Positions 17,608 through 26,046 of a stretch of DNA of 60,160 bases are shown here, piece by piece (position 1 is the first letter of the stretch; each line of letters starts with the position of its first letter). The translations under genes and the position numbers were made by a program. Origin of the DNA: Candidatus Zhuqueibacterota bacterium (lineage in GTDB: Bacteria > BS750m-G25); NCBI GenBank assembly GCA_016783505.1, contig JADHWK010000011.1, positions 1 through 60,160 of the forward strand, read 5' to 3'. A model generated the notes under the pieces. That model worked only from the letters and a program-made list of their open reading frames with translations, had not been told where the DNA came from and did no database searches.

Positions 17608-17912
17608 GTGCGCCGTGAAATTGGCCGGTATGATCCTGTGAATCAAGGATTTGATCGTTGTGAAAGATCAGCCCCTGAGCTGTGCCTCCCTCGTTATGAT
17701 GCAAAACTGTTAACTTCTTCCAAAGAACTGGCCGATTATTATGAAAAGGTCGTCAAAATAGTGGGTGATGCCAAAATATCTTCAAGGGAAAAAGTCGCTC
17801 CTTGGGTTTTTTATGGGTCAGGTAATGCGAAAAACGGGAGGCCGAGCAAATCCTAAGAACCTTGAATTCATTGTTGAAAGAAAAATTGTCGAAAATGCTT
17901 ACATCAGAATAG
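17608..17912 (+). pseudogene. gatB: Decayed 3' part of Asp/Glu-tRNA amidotransferase subunit B
   Basis: Pieces in three frames: PEL..LPRYDAKLLTSSKELADYYE..DAKISS; KYLQGKKSLLGFFMGQVMRKTGGRANPK; LNSLLKEKLSKMLTSE* (stop 17910-17912). Confidence 0.88.
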
Positions 17913-17956
17913 ATGCATTTTTTGTAAAAAATTTATCCAAACTCTGCATTTTTCTC

Positions 17957-17984
17957 TTGACATTTTGAAAAAAATTGTTAAATT
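17957..17984 (+). promoter_or_regulatory. Sigma70-type promoter of module 1
   Basis: TTGACA, 16-bp spacer ending TGT, then TAAATT; the same spacing is conserved at 48364-48391. Confidence 0.7.
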
Positions 17985-17997
17985 ATAATATAACATA

Positions 17998-18046
17998 TGA
18001 TTTATATCACATGAAGTAGTGATGTATATCACAAAGTTCTATATCA
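17998..18046. promoter_or_regulatory. Putative operator with two near-palindromes and a half site
   Basis: TGATTTATATCA (17998-18009), TGATGTATATCA (18020-18031) and TATATCA (18040-18046), just downstream of the -10. Confidence 0.5.
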
Positions 18047-18079
18047 TTATGCATATTTCAAATGGGGGTAAGTTAATGG

Positions 18080-18114
18080 AAAGCCGATTTTAGAGCGACT
18101 AATCGGCTTTTTTT
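18080..18114 (+). terminator. Intrinsic terminator in the 5' leader of module 1
   Basis: 10-bp stem AAAGCCGATT/AATCGGCTTT with an 11-nt loop, running into a T tract. Confidence 0.7.
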
Positions 18115-18255
18115 ATTTTAAAATGATATTTTAGGGTTAAAAACGTGAAATATATAATTTAAGGGTCTATTGAAAGGAGGTGATGAGGAAAAAGTGGCTA
18201 AAAATCTTTTTAAAAAACAGAAAGCAAAACACCCATAACAGGGAGGAGTTGAAAA

Positions 18256-21200
18256 ATGTATCGAAAGATCTTTTTAGTGGCTACTTTGTTGTTCCTTCTG
18301 CCTGCCTTGATATTTGCTACAGAGGGTAAATTGCGCGGCGTGGTAACAGACGAGGAAACAGGTGAGCCACTCCCCGGCGCGAACGTTATACTTGAGGAAA
18401 CCGTCCTCGGTGCATCCACCGATTTGGAAGGTGTGTATGTCGTGCTCGCCGTTTCGCCCGGAAGGTACACGGTGCGAGTCAGCTACATTGGGTACCAGAC
18501 GTTAGCGGTCTCCAACATCCGCGTCAGCGCAAACCTCACCACCACGAAAGATTTCCAGCTCACCCCAACAACAATAGATCTCGGGGCAATCGAAGTGGTG
18601 GCAGAGCGCCCGCTGATCCAACGGAATACCACCAATACCATCCGGATGACGACCCAGGAAGATATTCAGAACATGCCAATCCGTGGGTTGGATAATATCC
18701 TGGCGCTGGAAGCAGGCACAGTGCTGCAGGACGGCATACTGCACATACGTGGCGGTCGCGAACGTGAAGTGGCATACTTCATTGATAATGCCACAGCGAC
18801 AGTTCCCTACGTTGAGATCGGCCTTGGGGGTAGGGGCATGCAGTCGCAAAACCCCGGACTTGGAGAGGACCCTAACTACAGCGTTATACAAGAGTCAATT
18901 GAAGAAATTCAGATGCAGGCAGGGGGTTACACGGCGGAGTTCGGGGGTGGAAACTCAGCCATAGTACGCACCACCATGCGCTCCGGTGGCCCCAGACTCA
19001 GGGCGACAGTTGATTACCGGACGGACGCCTTTGCGAAGGAAGGCGAACAGTTTCTTGGAACATCGTCGTATGGCTACCAAAACGCCGTGCTCACCTTGAG
19101 TGGACCTATGCCCTTAATTCCTAAACTCAGGTTCTTTGCCGCGGGTCAGTACAACTATATGGACAACCGAACCCCAAGTTTTATTGAGCCCTTCAAGTTT
19201 GAGGGTCTGACAGAGGATGGTTATGCGGGGAGATCAGCTTATACCGATTCCCTGCTACCTGAAAATGGTACGGTCGAGTTCAAGCGGAATCATCTGCCCG
19301 ACAACTGGAGGAAAGACGGCTCTATCCAGGGAACGTTGCTGTATCCCCTGACAGATGCCTTCAAATTGCGGTTTACGGGTAGTTATCGCGGCTTAAGCCA
19401 GCTCACCGAGGGTCACCTCTTTGGGGGAACTCAAGCATCAAATTCCCCTTCATCTTTATACAACTATTTCAATATGGATAGAAGGCCGGAAAGAAGGGAG
19501 AGGTGGGGGTTAACCAGCCTGCGAGCCACCCATATTTTAAACCCCAAGACCTTCTATGAAGTTACCCTTTCCTACTCGAATCGGTCCTACAAGAGATTTG
19601 ACCCGGAATTCGAGGATGACTGGAGGTCCTATCCAGACAGCATAGCCAACTATGAAAAGGGATACGGGGTAGACTCAACCAACCAATGGCTGTCAAGGTA
19701 TCGGCCCCCCATTGAGTACAGTACCATCAACAATTTTGAATTCCAACCCCCAGGTTTCCCCACCAACCAATACGAGAAAAATAGCCAGTCGGATATCGGG
19801 GCGGCCCTCGACTTCACCACCCAGATGACGAAAACCTGGGAGTTAAAAGCAGGCGGCCGATTCGACCAGTGGACCATGCGCCGTTTCAACATTCGGGATA
19901 TCAGTGATTTAATGGAGGTTGAGTATGGTCCAGACGGAAGTTTAGACCCTGACAGATTTGCCAGCGACTATGAACGGTGGGTGAAACTTGCTAGATCAGG
20001 TGATAGACTCCGCCCGATCATCTACGGATACGACATTGATGGGGAGGAATACGACGAATTTCCCAATGGTCCCCGTAAGCCGTTATTCGCCTCCTTCTAC
20101 CTCCAGAATAAGTTCGAACACCGCGACATGATCCTCAACCTCGGTCTCCGCTTCGAAAGGATTGACATCAACGCCCCGATGCCAAAAAATCTTGAGGAAC
20201 CCGCCTTTGACGAGGACCTCGACTGGATAATCGAAGACGAAATGGAGGAGAGTGATCCCTATGACTACTGGCTGCCACGGGTCACCTTTTCGTTCCCGGT
20301 GACCGATAAAACGGTATTTTACACCTTATATGGCAAATACGTACAGATGCCGAACCTGAGTTCCATCTATCATGGGGTTCCGAAAATCAGTATGACCGTC
20401 AGTGAGGTCACCCGTCGTCCATACGGTTACTTTGGAGATTGGGTAGGGTTTTCTGCCAAGCCGGAGCATACTACCCAATACGAAATGGGTATCCGCCAAT
20501 CAATAACTGACAATTTTGCCCTCACCGCTACCGGGTTTTATAAGGACCTTCGGGATCAACTCCGATGGGATGTTGTCCGAGCAGTAGGAGAAGAATACGA
20601 TACAGAAGGTGAAATACAGTATGCGGGTCGTCTCAACAATGACTTTGGTACGGTGAAAGGGGTGGAGCTGACCCTGGAACTTCGACGCACCAAGCGGCTA
20701 ACTTCCAGGGCTAATTACACCTGGTCTGATACCCGGGGAACGGGATCCGATTCCAGACAATCAAGGGTCTGCGTGAGCGACGAAGTGATCGCAGAGTATC
20801 CCACCCTCATCTTCCCGCTCGACCATCACCAGCCCCATAGGGGTTCGGTGATGTTGGACTACCGCTTTGGCAAGGGTGATGGTGGTAAGCTACGCCAGGG
20901 TATGGGGATGAATTTGCTATTGACCTTCAACAGCGGCCATGCCTACACCAAGATTGTGGAGCCGCAAAACCTCGGTCAGGCAAATGCGTGGAATGTGGGC
21001 GTGCGTGCATTGGGTGACTCCCGCTTCCGAAACCCTGAAGAGCCGCTAAACTCTTCCCTGACGCCCTGGAATTTTAACGTTGACCTCAACTTGAATAAGT
21101 TATTCTACCTTGGCGGGATTAACGTAGATGTGTATGTGAACGTGTTGAACCTGTTTGACACCAAACATGTCATCAACGTCTATCCCATGACGGGAACTGC

Positions 21201-21378
21201 CGAAGATGATGGATGGTTGAGGGCTCCGCTGGCGGCTCCGTTTAATGCAATCCCCAACTATACCGATTTCTACAGGGCGATCAACTCCGATAACCGGTGG
21301 GCGTTTCAGGGGGTATGGGGGCAAGACCTCTATGGTACCCCCCGTCAGATACGCTTCGGCGTAAGGCTGGAACTCTGA
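18256..21378 (+). CDS. TonB-dependent receptor with an N-terminal carboxypeptidase-regulatory-like domain
   Basis: Signal peptide, GEPLPGANV, HIRGGR plug, GGYTAEFG, C-terminal PRQIRFGVRLEL. Confidence 0.93.
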   Translation: MYRKIFLVATLLFLLPALIFATEGKLRGVVTDEETGEPLPGANVILEETVLGASTDLEGVYVVLAVSPGRYTVRVSYIGYQTLAVSNIRVSANLTTTKDFQLTPTTIDLGAIEVVAERPLIQRNTTNTIRMTTQEDIQNMPIRGLDNILALEAGTVLQDGILHIRGGREREVAYFIDNATATVPYVEIGLGGRGMQSQNPGLGEDPNYSVIQESIEEIQMQAGGYTAEFGGGNSAIVRTTMRSGGPRLRATVDYRTDAFAKEGEQFLGTSSYGYQNAVLTLSGPMPLIPKLRFFAAGQYNYMDNRTPSFIEPFKFEGLTEDGYAGRSAYTDSLLPENGTVEFKRNHLPDNWRKDGSIQGTLLYPLTDAFKLRFTGSYRGLSQLTEGHLFGGTQASNSPSSLYNYFNMDRRPERRERWGLTSLRATHILNPKTFYEVTLSYSNRSYKRFDPEFEDDWRSYPDSIANYEKGYGVDSTNQWLSRYRPPIEYSTINNFEFQPPGFPTNQYEKNSQSDIGAALDFTTQMTKTWELKAGGRFDQWTMRRFNIRDISDLMEVEYGPDGSLDPDRFASDYERWVKLARSGDRLRPIIYGYDIDGEEYDEFPNGPRKPLFASFYLQNKFEHRDMILNLGLRFERIDINAPMPKNLEEPAFDEDLDWIIEDEMEESDPYDYWLPRVTFSFPVTDKTVFYTLYGKYVQMPNLSSIYHGVPKISMTVSEVTRRPYGYFGDWVGFSAKPEHTTQYEMGIRQSITDNFALTATGFYKDLRDQLRWDVVRAVGEEYDTEGEIQYAGRLNNDFGTVKGVELTLELRRTKRLTSRANYTWSDTRGTGSDSRQSRVCVSDEVIAEYPTLIFPLDHHQPHRGSVMLDYRFGKGDGGKLRQGMGMNLLLTFNSGHAYTKIVEPQNLGQANAWNVGVRALGDSRFRNPEEPLNSSLTPWNFNVDLNLNKLFYLGGINVDVYVNVLNLFDTKHVINVYPMTGTAEDDGWLRAPLAAPFNAIPNYTDFYRAINSDNRWAFQGVWGQDLYGTPRQIRFGVRLEL

Positions 21379-21438
21379 TAAATTGGTTTACCGATTGGAT
21401 TGTTTGAACTAAGATTCAAAAAAGAGGAGTTAGGAACC

Positions 21439-24400
21439 ATGAGGAAAATAATTATTCTATCCATTGTTGCCGCGGTTGCCTTGCTCAGCATGCTGGTGGG
21501 ATCGGTTTCCTTTGCTAAAGAGGAAGCCAATGAGACAATGAGCGGCAGGGGCTCGCTTTACAAGTCCAGCGATTATAAGCCGGATCGTTACCAGGTTCTC
21601 AACATTAATAACCTGTGGACCTGGACGCGCAGCGACGGTATCTCCAACCATTCGCCGTTGGGGGATAACGGGACCTTCTTTCCGCGGGGGACAGCCTGGC
21701 TCATCTACACGGACGGCATCATGTGGGGTGGCAAATGTTACAAAGATGCTGCATTGACAGAGCCCGCTCCACTTGGTCAACTAATTCGAGTGGGCGGCAC
21801 CAATTACGTCACTGGGTGTCGTGAAGGGCACATTGAAGGCACCGATGCTACCGCTGAGCCGTCCCCTCCTGGCGATGCTCTTATCTATAGAATCCGCCGC
21901 GACTACGCATCCATGTCCACGGAAGAATTGCAGAGGGATGCGGCGGAATCTAACGAGACCTCCGTCTCCAGCATAACCAGTGCAGAGACGGATGAGATCT
22001 ACGATCGGTACGAGTTAGATTGGGAAAATTGGCCGGTTGACCTTGGTGCCCCCTATATTGATAGAAACGGGGATGGGTTATACACCGCGCCGCCCCCCTT
22101 CAGTGCAACCTTCACCGTAGATGATCTCATCGCTGGGGGTCACGATGAACCGGGAATTGCTGGGGCCGACCCCAACTCACCAGCAGACCAGGTGGTATGG
22201 ACGGTTTTCAATGACCTCGACAGTGAGCAATGTATTGTCCTGCAGGGTTCCCATCCGATGGGTATGGAAGTGCAAATCACGGTTTGGGGCTACAAACGCA
22301 CCGACGCCCTGGGCAGTATCTATTTCCGCCGGGCAAGGATTATTAACAAGGGAGGCGTTGACACCAATGGTGATGGTAGCGCGGACGGCTCTTTCTGGGT
22401 TGACAGCATGTATGTGGCCCAGTGGTCAGATCCAGATTTGGGCTCAGCGGGTGACGACCTGTTGGGTTGCGATACCACCTTGAGCATAGGGTATGTGTAT
22501 AATGGCAATGCCAACGATAACGAGTATGTTAAGTTTGGTCTGCCCCCGCCTACGGCAGGGTATGACTTTCTGCAAGGTCCGATTGTGGCAGACAGCGGCT
22601 CTGTTGCGGTGTTCGACCTCAAATACCGAAACGATTTCAAGAATTTACCCATGACGTCCTTTTCGTGGTTTTCCGCCGGGAGTCCTATCTCTGATCCACC
22701 GCGTGACTATGGTACAGGGACGTTGCGCTGGTACAAAATGCTTCGGGGATATGTCCCCTTAGATGGACCCCTTGCATATTATCCATTCCCTGCGGGTGTA
22801 ACACCGAATACGTTTCCGTATTCTGGGGATCCAGTCACACAAACAGGTCTTCTTGATGGTCAGGGAACGCCCGACTCGTTTGCTCCGGGCGACCGCCGAC
22901 TCAACGTCAGCACCGGTCCCTTTACCTTAGCCCCTGGGGACACCCAGGAAGTTGTTGTGGCTGTTGTATGTGGAATCGGTGCCGATAGATTCTCCAGTAT
23001 TTCGGTGATGAAGTTCAACGACCGTTTTGCCCAGAACACCTACGACGCCCTCTTCCAGGTTCCCAGTCCGTCAAAAGCACCAACTGTGGTTGTAACTGAA
23101 TTGGATGGTCAGGTGGTTCTGGAGTGGGGGACCGATCTGGCGCGCGTTACCGACATAGAGACCACGGTGAACGAGCCCGGCGGTTTTGTGTTCGAAGGTT
23201 ACAACGTGTATCAATTCCCAAGTGCAGGTGCCTCCATCACCACCGAAGGAACAAAACGTATTGCCACCTATGACCTACCAACTGACCCCACGGTAATTCA
23301 AGACGAGCAATTTGACGTAAGCTCCGGTCTTGTTCGGTTTATGCCCGTTCAATTTGGCACAAACAGCGGCATAAAGCGTTTCTTCGAATTTGACCGTGAT
23401 TATGTCCTGGATGTTGACAAAATCTACAACGGGCAGGAGTATTATTTAGCCGTTACGGCCTACTCACGGGCCACGGTGTCCGGATACTTACCGGCGGCCC
23501 TGGAGTCGAGCCCGACAATCCTTACAGCTGTCCCCAAAGTGCCGTTTGGAGTCACCTATTATTCGGCGTACAATGACACACTTGCTGTTGAGCATGTTAG
23601 TGGAACCAGTGACGGTGTTGTACGTCCTATCGTTCTCGATCCCACGTTAAGTACGGGTGATACTTACGAGGTCAGTTTTGTAGCTACGGACAGTACTCCG
23701 GTGTGGAAATTGACGAATATCACGGATAATGTAGTTCTCCTCGATAACCAAACTAACCAAAGCGGAGACGATGAGTACAAGTTTGTTGATGGTCTCAACT
23801 TGAAGGTGGAAGGTCCACCACTTGAAGGAAACTCCTGGTCGGCTGAGGAAATAACGGGCGAGCGCTGGTTCTCGGGAGCGGGTGATGGCGAACTGCTGTA
23901 CGGAGGCGCCTACCTCGCTCCAAACTTCACTGGCAGTGGAATGGATCCCGCCGATTATAAGACAGTGGAGATCCGCTTTGTTGCGAAGACAGGCTACACA
24001 GATGACAACGGCAACGGAGCGTACGATATTGGTGAACCGTATACAATGCCAGAAACTGGCACACAGAAAGCCTGGCTTTATCAGACCTGGAATGATGAGG
24101 ATGCGTACCGAGGATTTTTCGATGTGCCTTTCACTGCATGGGATGTTCAAGGGGCGAATCCCCGTCAACTGAATGTTATCGTCCGGGATTATGATGATAA
24201 TGGCCAATGGGATTTGCATGACGACGATGTTTCTCCGTACAACTATACCTGGATCGCGGATACTGACTACGATCCGACGGGCGTGTTGCACGGTCCTCCC
24301 TCGCTGGGTGGTACAGGGTGGCTTTTCGATCAGAGCGATAAACCGGCACTCTGGACCTTGTGGCTAGGTCAACGTGGTTCGAGAGAACCTTATGGAGCAG

Positions 24401-24834
24401 ATGTCACATTGACGTTGGTGCCAAACTTCGTTAACACTGTGACTGACGTTTTTGGATTCAGCGCCCCCATGCCAAGAACAGGTTCTGATGATGAAGAATT
24501 TAGTGCAGAAAAGGTAGGCGTGTTCCCAAATCCGTACTACGCCTATAACCCAGCGGAGAGAAGCAAGCTTGCCAGGTTCGTCACCTTTAACAACTTACCG
24601 CCAGTGGCGACTATCAGAATCTTCAACTTAGCCGGTCAGTTGGTGCGAAAGATAGAGAAAGACAATACCTCACAGTTCCAACAGTGGAATCTGCTGAATC
24701 ATGATTCCCTTCCGGTGGCCAGCGGTATGTACATTGCGCATATTGAGATGACATTGCCTACAGGCAATAAGAAGTCCACCAAGATTCTGAAGCTAGCGAT
24801 CATCCAAGAGCAAGAAGTGCTCGATGTGTATTAA
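21439..24834 (+). CDS. Large secreted protein with a T9SS type A-like C-terminal sorting domain
   Basis: Signal peptide; GPFTLAPGDTQEVVVA, FEGYNVY and NGQEYYLAVTAY blocks; CTD VFPNPYY...IRIFNLAGQLVR...VASGMYI. Start set at ATG 21439. Confidence 0.88.
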   Translation: MRKIIILSIVAAVALLSMLVGSVSFAKEEANETMSGRGSLYKSSDYKPDRYQVLNINNLWTWTRSDGISNHSPLGDNGTFFPRGTAWLIYTDGIMWGGKCYKDAALTEPAPLGQLIRVGGTNYVTGCREGHIEGTDATAEPSPPGDALIYRIRRDYASMSTEELQRDAAESNETSVSSITSAETDEIYDRYELDWENWPVDLGAPYIDRNGDGLYTAPPPFSATFTVDDLIAGGHDEPGIAGADPNSPADQVVWTVFNDLDSEQCIVLQGSHPMGMEVQITVWGYKRTDALGSIYFRRARIINKGGVDTNGDGSADGSFWVDSMYVAQWSDPDLGSAGDDLLGCDTTLSIGYVYNGNANDNEYVKFGLPPPTAGYDFLQGPIVADSGSVAVFDLKYRNDFKNLPMTSFSWFSAGSPISDPPRDYGTGTLRWYKMLRGYVPLDGPLAYYPFPAGVTPNTFPYSGDPVTQTGLLDGQGTPDSFAPGDRRLNVSTGPFTLAPGDTQEVVVAVVCGIGADRFSSISVMKFNDRFAQNTYDALFQVPSPSKAPTVVVTELDGQVVLEWGTDLARVTDIETTVNEPGGFVFEGYNVYQFPSAGASITTEGTKRIATYDLPTDPTVIQDEQFDVSSGLVRFMPVQFGTNSGIKRFFEFDRDYVLDVDKIYNGQEYYLAVTAYSRATVSGYLPAALESSPTILTAVPKVPFGVTYYSAYNDTLAVEHVSGTSDGVVRPIVLDPTLSTGDTYEVSFVATDSTPVWKLTNITDNVVLLDNQTNQSGDDEYKFVDGLNLKVEGPPLEGNSWSAEEITGERWFSGAGDGELLYGGAYLAPNFTGSGMDPADYKTVEIRFVAKTGYTDDNGNGAYDIGEPYTMPETGTQKAWLYQTWNDEDAYRGFFDVPFTAWDVQGANPRQLNVIVRDYDDNGQWDLHDDDVSPYNYTWIADTDYDPTGVLHGPPSLGGTGWLFDQSDKPALWTLWLGQRGSREPYGADVTLTLVPNFVNTVTDVFGFSAPMPRTGSDDEEFSAEKVGVFPNPYYAYNPAERSKLARFVTFNNLPPVATIRIFNLAGQLVRKIEKDNTSQFQQWNLLNHDSLPVASGMYIAHIEMTLPTGNKKSTKILKLAIIQEQEVLDVY

Positions 24835-24886
24835 TGCCACGCTGAATCATTTTTGGATTTAAACAACTGAATAAGGAGATAATGCC

Positions 24887-25942
24887 ATGAAAAACAGAGT
24901 CATATTTTCTTTGGTGGTCCTCTGCGTGGTGATGGCCGTGATGGTCAGCAGCCTTGATGCGCAGGAGGCACGGAACAGGAGGATCGGGAGCGCGGCAGCG
25001 ACGGAGCTTCTGATCCCGGTTGGGGCGCGGGACATGGCCATGGGGGGTTCGAGCATCGCAGTCTCGGAGGGTGTTGAGGCTATTCACTGGAACCCTGCCG
25101 GTCTGGCACTTCTTCCTACCTCTGCTGAGGCACTGGTCTCTTCGATGTCGTACATAGCTGACATCCAGCTAAACTATGGTGCTGTTGGGGTTTCCTTCGG
25201 CCGTTTAGGTGTGCTGGGGCTCAGCGTTAGGTCTTTGAGCTTCGGCGACATCCTCCTGACTACAAATGATGATCCCGAGGGCGAGGCGGGCAGGACATTC
25301 TCACCCGCCTTTATTACTGTAGGACTGAGCTATGCTATAGCGTTTACCGATAGGGTCAATGCTGGGGCTACCATTAAAGCAATCTCTGAGAAGATGGGTC
25401 GAGCGTACGGTTCCGGGTTTGCCGTGGACCTCGGCGTGCAATACCATGGGCTCGCTGAGGTTCCTGGACTCAACGTCGGCATTGCCATGAAGAACTTCGG
25501 TCCCCAGGTTGAGTTTGGTGGATCCGGCTTATTACGCAGAGCCACCTCGAGCGAGGGGCGGCGCCCGGAACAGCACTACCAGAGCCAAGCGGCCAGCTAC
25601 GAGCTACCCTCCGTAGTGGAAATTGGTGTAACCTACGAGCGCTCCTTAGGCGAGAACCTGGATTTGAGACTAAACAGCGCCTTCGTAAACAATAACCTGG
25701 CGCTCGATTCATACCGGTTAGGCGGCGAAGTGGGCTTTGGCCTACAAAAGGCCCGCTTGTTTGGCCGCGGCGGTATTGAACTCGCCCCGACAGAAGACAT
25801 TGACGAGTTTATTTTTGGTCCTACCCTGGGGTTTGGTCTGTACTACGAGGCCGTTGGGATCAACTTTATGCTGGATTATGCTTGGCGGCAAGTCGAATAC
25901 TTCAATGACAATTCGGTGTTTTCGTTGAAGTTTGGCTTCTAG
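24887..25942 (+). CDS. PorV/PorQ-family outer-membrane beta-barrel
   Basis: LLIPVGARDMAMG, HWNPAGL, terminal FSLKFGF. Confidence 0.9.
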   Translation: MKNRVIFSLVVLCVVMAVMVSSLDAQEARNRRIGSAAATELLIPVGARDMAMGGSSIAVSEGVEAIHWNPAGLALLPTSAEALVSSMSYIADIQLNYGAVGVSFGRLGVLGLSVRSLSFGDILLTTNDDPEGEAGRTFSPAFITVGLSYAIAFTDRVNAGATIKAISEKMGRAYGSGFAVDLGVQYHGLAEVPGLNVGIAMKNFGPQVEFGGSGLLRRATSSEGRRPEQHYQSQAASYELPSVVEIGVTYERSLGENLDLRLNSAFVNNNLALDSYRLGGEVGFGLQKARLFGRGGIELAPTEDIDEFIFGPTLGFGLYYEAVGINFMLDYAWRQVEYFNDNSVFSLKFGF

Positions 25943-25987
25943 GATTCGCCCCAAGATATTTCCAACCGTAAAGTATTTCTTGAGATT

Positions 25988-26024
25988 AAGAGAAAGGCTG
26001 TCTTTCGTGGACAGCCTTTCTCTT
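25988..26024 (+). terminator. Hairpin / terminator after the PorV-like gene
   Basis: 15-bp perfect stem AAGAGAAAGGCTGTC / GACAGCCTTTCTCTT with a 7-nt loop. Confidence 0.75.
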
Positions 26025-26046
26025 GTTGACCAACAGCAGGGGATAA

